A stretch of 64,000 nt of DNA. It comes from an uncultured Candidatus Saccharibacteria bacterium. Its GTDB lineage: Bacteria; Patescibacteriota; Saccharimonadia; Saccharimonadales; JACQNP01. Below, piece by piece: positions 1 through 8,847 of the stretch. Position 1 is the stretch's first letter; the number at the start of each line of letters is the position of its first letter. The stretch covers positions 33,600-97,599 of the forward strand of contig CAZSZC010000002.1 of NCBI GenBank assembly GCA_964610775.1. Direction: 5' to 3'. The notes beneath the pieces were generated by a model. That model was given only the letters and a program-made list of their open reading frames with translations, did not search any database and was not told the origin of the DNA. Both the position numbers and the translations under genes were made by a program.

Positions 1-998
1 GCCAAACAGGTTTTTACCGCGTAAGTTATGACACTCGGCAACTTGAGCAAATAGGTGCACAAGTTAAATTAGGGGATTTGTCACCAATAGATAGATTAGG
101 CGTACTCAGCGATGCGTTTGAAAGCGCCAAAGCTGGCTTTATTAATACAGTTGACGCCCTACGTTTTATGAATAATTTTGAACATGAAGATAACAGTGCA
201 GTCTGGGACGTTATGGTCGGAAGTATAGGCGCTACAAGGTCTGTCATGGACGACGAAACTCTCCGAGACAACATGAAGCCATTTATTACTTCTTTGGCCT
301 CTAAGCAATACAAAAGACTAGGCTGGCAAGCTAAAAAGTCAGATTCGTATTTCGATCAGCTATTGCGTCCAACAATTCTAGGCATGATGTCAGGTGCTGA
401 CTATAAGGATGCTGTCAATGAGGCGCTTGGGCGGTTTGATGGGTCTAAGCGGCTAGAGGATATTGAGCCAGATCTTAGATCAATAATCTTCCATACAGCT
501 GTTCGCATTCGTAACGACAAAAAAACATTTGATAAGTTATTTGATTTATACGAGACCAGTCACCTTAGCGAAGAAAAAACGGTCATCGCTTCAGCACTAA
601 CTGGCTTTAAGTCACCAACTTTATACAAAAAAGCACTCAGCTTGATTAAAACTGATGTCGTAAGGGCGCAGGATATAAGTTACTGGGTTGTTTACAGCTT
701 CTCGAATCGTTTTGCGCGGCAGGAAACTTGGAAATGGATGACTGAAAACTGGTCATGGCTAGAAAAGACCATAGGCAGTGATCTTAGTTTTTATCGTTTC
801 CCTATATATGCCGCTAACGCTTTTAGTGATAAGTCTTTCATCCCTGAATACACTAAGTTCTTTTCGAAGCACAGCAACTCGGCTTTGGAACGCACTATCA
901 AGCAAGGCTTAGAAACACTTACGTGGCAATCAGACTGGAAGGAAAGAGATCTCAAGTCAGTCAAAGAATTCTTTAATACATACAAATTAAGCAGCTAA
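1..998 (+). CDS. pepN: M1-family aminopeptidase N, C-terminal part; 5' end lies upstream of the window
   Basis: Reading frame is open from position 3 to the stop at 998 (no stop upstream of the TTG the ORF caller picked at 78). Translation QTGFYRVSYD... matches the conserved GxYRVxYD segment and the helical ERAP1-like C-terminal domain of aminopeptidase N. Confidence 0.6.
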   Translation, partial: QTGFYRVSYDTRQLEQIGAQVKLGDLSPIDRLGVLSDAFESAKAGFINTVDALRFMNNFEHEDNSAVWDVMVGSIGATRSVMDDETLRDNMKPFITSLASKQYKRLGWQAKKSDSYFDQLLRPTILGMMSGADYKDAVNEALGRFDGSKRLEDIEPDLRSIIFHTAVRIRNDKKTFDKLFDLYETSHLSEEKTVIASALTGFKSPTLYKKALSLIKTDVVRAQDISYWVVYSFSNRFARQETWKWMTENWSWLEKTIGSDLSFYRFPIYAANAFSDKSFIPEYTKFFSKHSNSALERTIKQGLETLTWQSDWKERDLKSVKEFFNTYKLSS

Positions 999-1736
999 AT
1001 CGAAGGCTTGGGTTGTTGCTTTTTGCATTCTGTCACGCGTCACTTTCAGTACTTCCTGTTGACTCATACCATCTGGACAGAATGGCTCAGGCACTACCAC
1101 TAATGGGCTAAGTTTAAGTCGTGGGTGCTTATAGGCAATTCCAGGTGTGATGATAAGTAGATCGGCCGGTCTCTTTACGCCCAAGGCGATGCGAGCAATT
1201 CCCTGCCTCAATTCCTGAACTTCTTGAGGATTGTTTTTATTACGAGTAGCTTCTGAAAAAATCGCAACATTACCACCGTTATTTATATAGTCAATATTGA
1301 ACTGTATTAAATTGTCAGTCACTTCACTGCGCAACTCTTTGCCAGCTTCATCATGACTAAAGTTCTTACCCCTAAAGGCTGGGTGAGCTAGCATGTGCGG
1401 GAAGAATTTGCCAATAAGAGGCCAGTCGAACATTTCGGCTTTGGCTGGAATAATAGTCGTGTTACGTAGTAACTCGAAAGGCTTTTCATAGACTAGACCT
1501 GCAACTGTAGGTGTATCAGCATTTGATTGATGATTAGGGGAGAGTATAGCCCTACCATTGTTACTCAGGTGCTCAGATATTATCGTACTAGCGCTTCCTT
1601 CATAGTGAACCTCGCTTCCGTAAAGACAGTGCATAACAGCAAAACCAATCTTTTGTATTCGTTGACTAGGTTCAAAATTACCAAAGTACTCATATATCAG
1701 CTGGTGATTCTCTGGTATTAACTCCGGTAATTTCAT
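987..1736 (-). CDS. lysophospholipid acyltransferase, PlsC/LPLAT family
   Basis: 249 aa; HQSNAD fits the HX4D acyltransferase catalytic motif; 12-bp convergent overlap with pepN 3' end. Confidence 0.5.
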   Translation of the reverse strand: MKLPELIPENHQLIYEYFGNFEPSQRIQKIGFAVMHCLYGSEVHYEGSASTIISEHLSNNGRAILSPNHQSNADTPTVAGLVYEKPFELLRNTTIIPAKAEMFDWPLIGKFFPHMLAHPAFRGKNFSHDEAGKELRSEVTDNLIQFNIDYINNGGNVAIFSEATRNKNNPQEVQELRQGIARIALGVKRPADLLIITPGIAYKHPRLKLSPLVVVPEPFCPDGMSQQEVLKVTRDRMQKATTQAFDLAA

Positions 1737-1837
1737 TAGTACAGCATATTACAACTGTTAAAATTACACAACTAATACATATTATTGTTATTTTGTATAT
1801 TTTGTGCTTAGTGCTTACGTTTAATTATACTGGAAAT

Positions 1838-2056
1838 TCAGACATTTAAGACTTGCAAAAGATGATATAGCAAGTAGGCTGGCCAGACACAAGCCTTAAA
1901 GAACGCAACAATTATATTCCAGAACCCATCAACTTGACCTACGAAATATACAAGTGCCCCAAACCAAGCCACAAACAAGACGAAACCCGTAGGACCACTC
2001 TTATCGATAACTTTTACTGGCACGTTTTTACTATTAGGTGCAGCTTGTTTAGCCAT
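1838..2056 (-). CDS. small membrane protein (2 predicted TM helices), hypothetical
   Basis: Start moved to the internal ATG (MAKQAAPNSKN...) because a weak AAGGA lies about 7 nt upstream and the stop of the upstream DUF4342 gene is 1 nt away (translational coupling). Hydrophobic C-terminal two-thirds. Confidence 0.45.
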   Translation of the reverse strand: MAKQAAPNSKNVPVKVIDKSGPTGFVLFVAWFGALVYFVGQVDGFWNIIVAFFKACVWPAYLLYHLLQVLNV

Positions 2057-2057
2057 A

Positions 2058-2306
2058 CTAATCCTTGTTTTCTCGTTCCACAACGATAGTGCACTCCGTA
2101 ACAAGAGCAGCAATAGTACCGACAGCCGCTAAAGCAGGAGCTAGAACAGCACCCACAACACCCACTGTAAGCGGCAAAACTACAATGTTTTTACCTTCCT
2201 TGTTACGTATTGTCAGATTACGCACATTACCTTCAGCAATTAAAGATTTGACCTTTTTGAGAAGATCCTCGCCATTTACATTGAATTCTTCCTTTTTTGC
2301 CGTCAC
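2058..2306 (-). CDS. DUF4342-domain protein
   Basis: 82 aa; EFNVNGEDLLKKVKSLIAEGNVRNLTI...LTVGVVGAVLAPALAAVGTIAALVTECTI matches the DUF4342 signature from memory (charged N-terminal half, Gly/Ala-rich hydrophobic segment, TEC motif). Confidence 0.6.
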   Translation of the reverse strand: MTAKKEEFNVNGEDLLKKVKSLIAEGNVRNLTIRNKEGKNIVVLPLTVGVVGAVLAPALAAVGTIAALVTECTIVVERENKD

Positions 2307-2307
2307 A

Positions 2308-2505
2308 TTACTTCCCCCGGCCTTGGCTTAATGTAGTACGTGCACGAAAAACTGAGTGAGGATTAAAATGCCTTGTTAGATAAATGTAGTGATCAGTAAA
2401 CTTTCCAGGATTATTAGCACGTTCTGTTGTGAGGTGCCCTTTCTCACTCACGGTTTGATAGATACTATGGGGTTTTTGTACTTTTTGACGTTTAGTATGT
2501 GTCAT
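2308..2505 (-). CDS. small strongly basic protein, hypothetical (65 aa)
   Basis: ATG at 2503-2505 (minus strand) is preceded by GGAGGG with a 4-nt spacer (plus-strand ccctcc at 2510-2515). The caller's TTG start at 2517 would lie inside the SD. Protein is K/R/H-rich; stop is 1 nt from the DUF4342 start. Confidence 0.5.
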   Translation of the reverse strand: MTHTKRQKVQKPHSIYQTVSEKGHLTTERANNPGKFTDHYIYLTRHFNPHSVFRARTTLSQGRGK

Positions 2506-2592
2506 ATTACCCTCCAATTCACACTTCTTATTATACTCTCATGTAGAAATAATACTGATATTGCGAGGAAATATTAATTATCTTTTATTTTT

Positions 2593-2622
2593 GTGTTATT
2601 GTCTAATTTATGTCAATAACAC
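2593..2622. repeat. 9-bp perfect inverted repeat spanning the start codon of the 2610 gene
   Basis: GTGTTATTG (2593-2601) / CAATAACAC (2614-2622) with a 12-nt loop that contains the ATG at 2610. Confidence 0.4.
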
Positions 2623-3263
2623 GTCATCACTGTCCTAAATATAAGGCTCGCACAGAACCCGTTTTAGGTGATAGAGGTCTTAGTATCTATAGACCGGCCA
2701 ACAAAGATGCATTAAGCGAAGTTTTTGGTACGTTTGAGTGTGCTACCAAAGGGATAATCAGTAGAATGCGTGGAATAGCTATTGATAAAGATGCTGCATT
2801 GAGTCAGTTGAGCTTACAAGAAGTTAAGTATAACAAGCCATTTATAGGTCACGTGGCCATTAAAGAAGTTACCGATACTCTTTATGCTGGTGTTCGCTCG
2901 CTCAGAAAGCCCATGAAACTTAGCATTACTCGTGCAGCACTTGTTGGTATGCCCCACAATCCATTAGTGACTATGGCACTTATATTTGATAAGGATGATA
3001 GAGATACAGTTCAAGAAGAACGGCTAAAAGTCCTAGACATACTAGAAAGCTACGTCGGCGAGATGCCTGGGGACAGACTACCAGAAGAGGACGAAGAACT
3101 TCGATGGTACTATAGAGAAATACCACATGTTTCAATTGGTAAATTACCCGCTGAAACTCCTCAAAACGATATTATTAGGATCCGTGGCTGCATAGAACGT
3201 GTTGCTCCTCAAGAACTACAAATCGGAAGAGCCATAATTCACAACCCAGTTCAGGCAAATTAA
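2610..3263 (+). CDS. hypothetical protein (217 aa), no recognisable family
   Basis: Long ORF with coding-like composition; no motif I can place; start codon sits inside a 9-bp perfect inverted repeat. Confidence 0.5.
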   Translation: MSITRHHCPKYKARTEPVLGDRGLSIYRPANKDALSEVFGTFECATKGIISRMRGIAIDKDAALSQLSLQEVKYNKPFIGHVAIKEVTDTLYAGVRSLRKPMKLSITRAALVGMPHNPLVTMALIFDKDDRDTVQEERLKVLDILESYVGEMPGDRLPEEDEELRWYYREIPHVSIGKLPAETPQNDIIRIRGCIERVAPQELQIGRAIIHNPVQAN

Positions 3264-3266
3264 AAA

Positions 3267-3872
3267 CTACTGTTCAGGCTCACGCGGTAGATAGTGTGCT
3301 GGCAGTAAACTCAAAAGATCAGGCAGGACCTCGATAGTAGCTTGACGTATTATCTCGTTTTCGGCTCTTGACTCGGTGCAAATCTGCACGGTACCAAAGG
3401 GTATACCTGGTCTACTATAACGACGCCAATTATAGACTGCGTCGGGAGCAAAGCTTTCCATGGCTTCTACTACCTCGACTCTTTCATCGAGAATTAACCC
3501 TTGACTTTCTTTACTAAGATCAATAATTGCTAGAAATGTAGACCCATTGGACATCGGTATAAAACCAACACCTTCAACTTCTACAGTCAATTCGATGGCA
3601 TGAGCACCCACCCTTTCAGCAAGTCTAGTTTTTGCCAAAGCAACTGGAATATCACGAAGGGCATCCTGGTTTCTAGCTTCTCTATACTCTACCTCGTTAA
3701 CCCCTAAATACTTACGCGGTGTAAAGAATCGACTATACCGACTTGTCGCCCCTACTACTGACCGAGCAACCTCAAATGATAAGTCGCGCTCAACTGACAA
3801 ACCACAAGCACCTATGCTATAAGGTCTTGGTAAGCCTGTTTTTTTGATACTTGACTGGTTATTAATCGACAT
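3267..3872 (-). CDS. hypothetical protein (201 aa), no recognisable family
   Basis: Long ORF convergent with 2610..3263 (3-nt gap between stops); no motif recognised. Confidence 0.5.
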   Translation of the reverse strand: MSINNQSSIKKTGLPRPYSIGACGLSVERDLSFEVARSVVGATSRYSRFFTPRKYLGVNEVEYREARNQDALRDIPVALAKTRLAERVGAHAIELTVEVEGVGFIPMSNGSTFLAIIDLSKESQGLILDERVEVVEAMESFAPDAVYNWRRYSRPGIPFGTVQICTESRAENEIIRQATIEVLPDLLSLLPAHYLPREPEQ

Positions 3873-3942
3873 GTTAATGACTATAGTTTACTAATAAAAT
3901 TTATGCTACTTGTGCTAAGCACAATCTATACGAGATGGATCG

Positions 3943-4290
3943 CTAAATAATAGTACCTACGAATTCTATTTCATCCATAAATTCACCGCTCACTTCGATG
4001 GCACCTAATTGATACTCACCTTGCCATTCATGATTACTTACCCATAGTTCCGCAGCGAACTTCATCTGCTTAAGTTTCTTGGGTGTTATATAGTCAAATC
4101 CCAAGCCCTGTTTGCTTGTTTTGCGATATTTAACTTCAATCAAATACACAACACCATCCTTTTCAGCAACTAAATCAATCTCGCACCATTTAGTTTTCCA
4201 GTTTATGTCAATTACTCTGTAGCCTTGCTGTGCTAAATATTTTGCAGCGTGCCCTTCTGCAAGATGGCCACTTGAGTAATTAGTCTGCAT
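3943..4290 (-). CDS. yraN: YraN-family (UPF0102) endonuclease
   Basis: 115 aa; GEDLAAxYL-like N-terminus (GHLAEGHAAKYLAQQGYRVI) and an EID...EVK core typical of UPF0102; conserved position immediately downstream of rnhB. Confidence 0.7.
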   Translation of the reverse strand: MQTNYSSGHLAEGHAAKYLAQQGYRVIDINWKTKWCEIDLVAEKDGVVYLIEVKYRKTSKQGLGFDYITPKKLKQMKFAAELWVSNHEWQGEYQLGAIEVSGEFMDEIEFVGTII

Positions 4291-4843
4291 TCGTAAAAGC
4301 CTTTACTGGTTTATAGCTCTTGCGATGAACGTTAGTTACGCCATTACGTTTTAATGAATCTATGTGAAGTTTTGTGCCGTAACCAACGTGCTTTTCAAAT
4401 CCGTAGTCCGGATAGGTTTTAACCAGCTCTGTCATAAATTCATCACGAGCAACTTTGGCATAAATACTGGCAGCACTAACTATCGGGAACAAATCGTCGG
4501 CATCAATAACGCACCTTGATTGAATATATTCTTTCGAACAATAGTTAATATTACCATCGACGATTATCTCCTCTGAAAACGAAGCATCAAGGCTCGTGAG
4601 TGCTCTTTCCACACCTAAGTACATAGCTCTAGTCAATCCCATTTCATCAACTTCGCTAGGCGTAACCCAACCCTCACCGACCTCGCAGGCTATCGCAATG
4701 TCATTCGATAGGCTTTTACGGCGTTTTTTTGTAAGTAATTTAGAGTCTTTTAAGCCTTCAGGCAATACATCCGTCTGACGTACAGCAACAACTAATAACG
4801 GGCCAGCCCAAGCACCACGACCAACTTCATCAATCCCTATCAT
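4280..4843 (-). CDS. rnhB: ribonuclease HII
   Basis: MIGIDEVGRGAWAGPLVVAAV N-terminus is the RNase HII catalytic signature. Start placed at the internal ATG (residue 15 of the caller's ORF); 11-nt overlap with yraN. Confidence 0.85.
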   Translation of the reverse strand: MIGIDEVGRGAWAGPLLVVAVRQTDVLPEGLKDSKLLTKKRRKSLSNDIAIACEVGEGWVTPSEVDEMGLTRAMYLGVERALTSLDASFSEEIIVDGNINYCSKEYIQSRCVIDADDLFPIVSAASIYAKVARDEFMTELVKTYPDYGFEKHVGYGTKLHIDSLKRNGVTNVHRKSYKPVKAFTNAD

Positions 4844-4928
4844 TACATAAACATAATATCGATATGCTAGCAAAAAGAAAACCACCCGTATTTATAGGTG
4901 GTTATTTCTGACCTGTAAGGCTTACCTC

Positions 4929-5474
4929 TTATTTATCAGTATCGGCCTTTGCAGCCTCTTCGTGGGCAGCAAGAGCTGCAGCTACTTTGGCCTCTTCTTT
5001 AGCAGCTTCTTCAGCCTTCTTGGCTTCTTCAGCTTCGTGAGCTTTCTTAGCCTCTTCAGCTAATTTAGCCTCTTCCTCTTCGGCTTTAGCATCATGCACG
5101 GTATTAACGCTGTCTTTATCAAAATCAACGTTACTTAGACGAGCGGATTTACCGGTTCGCTCACGCATGTAGGTTAAGTAATTACGGCGAACCTTGCTTC
5201 GTTTAGTAACCTCAATCTTTACTACAAGTGGACTGTGCAATAAAAAGCTCTTTTCAACACCGACACCGCTGCTAATTCGGCGAACCAGAATACGTGCAGT
5301 GTGACTCTGCTTTCGATCAACGCGAATTACCAAACCTTGGAATATCTGAACACGTTCTTTGTTGCCTTCTTTAATTTTTTGGTGAACCTTTACGGTATCA
5401 CCAGGCATAACGTCAACGACTTGTGACTTCCTATACTTATCTTCAATTTTCTGAATTACAGATTGCATGACCAA
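4929..5474 (-). CDS. rplS: 50S ribosomal protein L19 with an Ala/Glu/Lys-rich C-terminal extension
   Basis: Core (PGDTVKVHQKIKEGNKERVQIFQGLVIRV...VGVEKSF...SPLVVKIEV) is canonical bL19 of about 115 aa, followed by about 65 aa of AKAEEEEAKLAEEAKK...-type low complexity. Confidence 0.85.
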   Translation of the reverse strand: MVMQSVIQKIEDKYRKSQVVDVMPGDTVKVHQKIKEGNKERVQIFQGLVIRVDRKQSHTARILVRRISSGVGVEKSFLLHSPLVVKIEVTKRSKVRRNYLTYMRERTGKSARLSNVDFDKDSVNTVHDAKAEEEEAKLAEEAKKAHEAEEAKKAEEAAKEEAKVAAALAAHEEAAKADTDK

Positions 5475-5510
5475 ATAATCCTACACTATTTTCACCAGAG
5501 TTGCAACACT

Positions 5511-5732
5511 TTAGTGAATATCATTTTTTCGAGCAAGGTGTTCCCTAAGTCCATAGTAGCCCAATGACCTGGCTTTATTTTTGAAAATATCATCGCCAAG
5601 TGATTCATCTACTCGCCTAATGACATTATCGGCCGCTATACCCAGAAATATGTCACGCACCCGAACTTCATAATTAACAGATTGATCATTGTCATCTTGT
5701 TTTGGAAATTGAATAATCTCGTCGTCTAACAT
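5511..5732 (-). CDS. hypothetical small acidic protein (73 aa)
   Basis: ORF immediately upstream of rplS on the same strand; no family recognised. Confidence 0.4.
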   Translation of the reverse strand: MLDDEIIQFPKQDDNDQSVNYEVRVRDIFLGIAADNVIRRVDESLGDDIFKNKARSLGYYGLREHLARKNDIH

Positions 5733-5793
5733 GGTTCCTTTTTGTATGTTTTTACAATAGATATCGATTATACATGGGTGTTATGATAAGTCC

Positions 5794-6930
5794 ATGACAA
5801 ACTTTGGGGAAGAAGCACTAAAAAGACACAAACAACTAAAGGGGAAAATCTCTGTTTCGCTTAAGGATAATCTAGATTCACGTGACAAATTAAGTACTTA
5901 CTACACACCTGGTGTTGCTACAGTTTCGAGCTACGTTGCCGAACATCCCAATGAAGCCCGTGATTACACGTGGCTTAACAACTCTGTTGCTGTTATAAGT
6001 GATGGTTCAGCCGTATTAGGGCTAGGAGATATCGGGCCTTATGGTGCTCTACCGGTAATGGAAGGTAAAGCCATGCTATTCAAGCATTTTGCTAATATTG
6101 ATGCTGTGCCTATTGTTTTAGACGTACATAGTGCAGACGAGATTGTGGCAGCCGTAACCGCTATTGCGCCAAGCTTCGGTGGTATTAACCTAGAAGATAT
6201 TGCCGCACCCATTTGTTTTGAGGTAGAAGAACGCGTAAAAGAAGTTCTCAACATACCCGTCATGCATGATGATCAACATGGTACAGCGATTGTAGTACTA
6301 GCCGGGCTTATTAACGCCATGAAAATAACCGGTAAGAACTTGTCTGATTGTAGAGTTGTAGTAGTTGGCGCTGGAGCGGCCGGAACGGCTATTATTAAGT
6401 TACTATACCTTTATGCTGAGCCCGAGATACTAGCTATTGATAGTAAAGGAATCGTCAGCCATGATCGTTCTGACCTAAATCACGATAAGAAAAAACTCCT
6501 AGAGTTTACAAACCCTAAAAATATTAATGGCAACCTAGAGAATGCGCTAAAAGACGCTGATATATTCATTGGCGTTAGCAAGGCGGGAATATTAACTACT
6601 GCAATGGTCAAGTCCATGTCCAAGGACCCGATCATTTTCGCTATGGCTAACCCAACTCCAGAAATAATGCCAGATGAAGCTGTAAAAGCAGGTGTAGCAA
6701 TAATGGCGACTGGACGCTCTGATTTCCCAAATCAAGTTAATAATGCTCTGGCCTTCCCTGGTATATTTAGAGGAGCGCTAGATAATAAAGTTGCTAAAAT
6801 AACCGACAAGCACAAAATTGCAGCTGCGGAAGTTATCGCCAGCTTAGTTGAAAATCCTTCTAAAGACGCAATCATACCATCTGTTCTTGACGAACGACTG
6901 GTACCTGAAATTGCAAAAGTTATTGTCTAA
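5794..6930 (+). CDS. NAD(P)-dependent malic enzyme (short form)
   Basis: 378 aa; YTPGVA, VISDGSAVLGLGDIGP, HDDQHGTAIV and the GAGAAG dinucleotide-binding motif are canonical malic enzyme signatures. Confidence 0.85.
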   Translation: MTNFGEEALKRHKQLKGKISVSLKDNLDSRDKLSTYYTPGVATVSSYVAEHPNEARDYTWLNNSVAVISDGSAVLGLGDIGPYGALPVMEGKAMLFKHFANIDAVPIVLDVHSADEIVAAVTAIAPSFGGINLEDIAAPICFEVEERVKEVLNIPVMHDDQHGTAIVVLAGLINAMKITGKNLSDCRVVVVGAGAAGTAIIKLLYLYAEPEILAIDSKGIVSHDRSDLNHDKKKLLEFTNPKNINGNLENALKDADIFIGVSKAGILTTAMVKSMSKDPIIFAMANPTPEIMPDEAVKAGVAIMATGRSDFPNQVNNALAFPGIFRGALDNKVAKITDKHKIAAAEVIASLVENPSKDAIIPSVLDERLVPEIAKVIV

Positions 6931-7177
6931 ATTTTGAGGCTCAGAGGCGGTCATATCGCACCATATATTTAAATGTCGACGAGTTACTAAAGAAAATTCT
7001 AGACATTCTTCTCTTACATCACACCGTTCACGCAAATACTTAAACTCATCTACCTCTTAGTCTGATAACACGATATTATCATTCTTTTTCTAACGTGCAG
7101 CATCACCACACTGGGCAAAGATCTTCCAGTTATTATCCCATTCAAACAAATTGCGCACCTGGTGAGCATATTAAAAA

Positions 7178-8791
7178 CTAGCCAACGACTCTATAAACCT
7201 CTTCTAGGGTCGTAAGCCCCGCGCATACTTTTAGAATACCATCTTGTAACATCGTCTTCATTCCACTACGAATTGCTGCTTCTTCTATAGTTTGTACCGA
7301 TAGACCCTTTTGACCTGACTCAAGCAAGGTTCGTATTTCACCAGTCATAACAAATTGCTCACGCAAAGGTACTTGACCAACATAGCCATAAGGATTCTCA
7401 GCCGACTCGCCTGGCTTATATAATTGCAGGTTGTCTAGATTAGGTTTTTCGATATTTTCTGGCAGAGTATCTACGATTTCACGTATCTTGGCTAGAGTAA
7501 CTTCGTCCGGTTGGTAGACTTGCTTGGTAGTATCGTCGAGCAGCCGAACTAACCGCTGAGCCATGACCAAACGAATAGCGGAAACAAACAACGGATTCTC
7601 ACCGATTACATCCATTATTCTTGTCAGGGCCGCAGCTGCTGATGAGGCATGAAATGTTGAAAGCACTAAATGACCTGTCAGAGAGGCCTGTAGGGCGGTT
7701 TTTGCAGTATCCATATCCCTAATCTCCCCCACCATGACAATGTCAGGGTCAAGACGCAAAATAGCTCGAAGTTTATTGGCAAAACTAGTACTATCTTGCA
7801 CCCCTTGAGTTGTTACTGGTATTTGAGTGATCCCAGCAAACTGATATTCAACTGGGTCTTCAATAGTAATTATCTTGCGTTCTTCCGTATTAAGAGTATT
7901 AAGCATTGAATATAGTGTTGTCGTCTTACCGGAACCGGTTGGACCAACCACCATTACTAAGCCACTCGGCTTGACAATTATTTCGTCGACAATTGCTCTT
8001 TCTTGTGGTGAGAGTTTTAGGCGGTCGAGATTATACATCTCTGCATCCATATTAAATAAACGCATCACCATATCCATGCCATTAACAGTAGGGACTGTTT
8101 CTAGACGCAAATTAACATCTACCTCCGTGCCGTCCTCCATCATCAAATGTTGAGAAATGTGCCCTTGCTGAGCCTCACCCGATGACGTGGATACATCACC
8201 AGCACTAGCAATTGCCGATACCAAAACCCGATACTTCTCAGGGCTCAACCTCGCTATCGGGTGCAAAACTCCATCAATCCTGAATCTGATCCGAGCATGA
8301 TCACGCTGGGTCTCCACGTGTATGTCGGAAGAATTAAGCTTATGAGCTTGCTGCACAAGGTAAGCCAATATATCATTAGCTTTAACTTGTTCTAAAGTAG
8401 CCGAAACGGACTCAATTACGTCTTGGTTTCCAGTCTCATTAATCTCAATATCGTGATAAACAACTTGCTTTGGCGGATCGTATAATCTCATGTAGTCTCG
8501 GAAACCATTGTCAGAAATCAAAGAGAAGGATACTCTTTGGTCCAAGAAACGATTCCGTAAGTTTGTCATTGTTTGCTGAGAAGTCGTATTTGTAACACCA
8601 AATAGAATGCTGTGCTCAGTTACTTTTATTGGAATAGTTTTGAGTGACTTAAGCTCGTCAAGTGACAATACTTCCTTATATAACTCTTTCTGTTCTAGGG
8701 GTGTTTGGGACGTATCAAAATAATCAAGCCCCAGTATACGGGCTCTACGCTGAGTATTAGCCTCTTCGTCTCGTCTCGCGTCTTGTGCCAT
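7178..8791 (-). CDS. pilB: type IV pilus / type II secretion ATPase (GspE/PilB family)
   Basis: 537 aa; Walker A VGPTGSGKTTTLY, Asp box DPDIVMVGEIRD, His box GHLVLSTFHA; T2SSE_N-like N-terminal domain. Confidence 0.85.
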   Translation of the reverse strand: MAQDARRDEEANTQRRARILGLDYFDTSQTPLEQKELYKEVLSLDELKSLKTIPIKVTEHSILFGVTNTTSQQTMTNLRNRFLDQRVSFSLISDNGFRDYMRLYDPPKQVVYHDIEINETGNQDVIESVSATLEQVKANDILAYLVQQAHKLNSSDIHVETQRDHARIRFRIDGVLHPIARLSPEKYRVLVSAIASAGDVSTSSGEAQQGHISQHLMMEDGTEVDVNLRLETVPTVNGMDMVMRLFNMDAEMYNLDRLKLSPQERAIVDEIIVKPSGLVMVVGPTGSGKTTTLYSMLNTLNTEERKIITIEDPVEYQFAGITQIPVTTQGVQDSTSFANKLRAILRLDPDIVMVGEIRDMDTAKTALQASLTGHLVLSTFHASSAAAALTRIMDVIGENPLFVSAIRLVMAQRLVRLLDDTTKQVYQPDEVTLAKIREIVDTLPENIEKPNLDNLQLYKPGESAENPYGYVGQVPLREQFVMTGEIRTLLESGQKGLSVQTIEEAAIRSGMKTMLQDGILKVCAGLTTLEEVYRVVG

Positions 8792-8847
8792 TAGTCTTAT
8801 TAAAGCATAAGCATGAGCGATATTGAAGATGATGTTACACTTTTCAA

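Noticed and set aside
6844-7035. 63-aa minus-strand ORF at the 3' end of the malic enzyme gene
   Set aside because: Mostly antisense to the conserved malic enzyme C-terminus; no SD; Cys/Arg-rich composition typical of antisense noise.
6931-7177. 247-bp convergent intergenic region between malic enzyme and pilB as a possible ncRNA locus
   Set aside because: No convincing stem-loops, conserved-looking motifs or ORF with SD. Most likely it is just two unstructured 3' UTRs.
7875-8153. Antisense ORFs inside long conserved genes (e.g. 7875-8153 in pilB, 12113-12298 and 13037-13237 in dnaE, 16451-16909 in gatB, 28750-29334 in tkt, 29741-30413 in tkt, 40647-41432 in pheT)
   Set aside because: They lie opposite strongly conserved coding sequence and encode low-complexity Ser/Leu/Arg-rich peptides without SD sequences. 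Treated as spurious.
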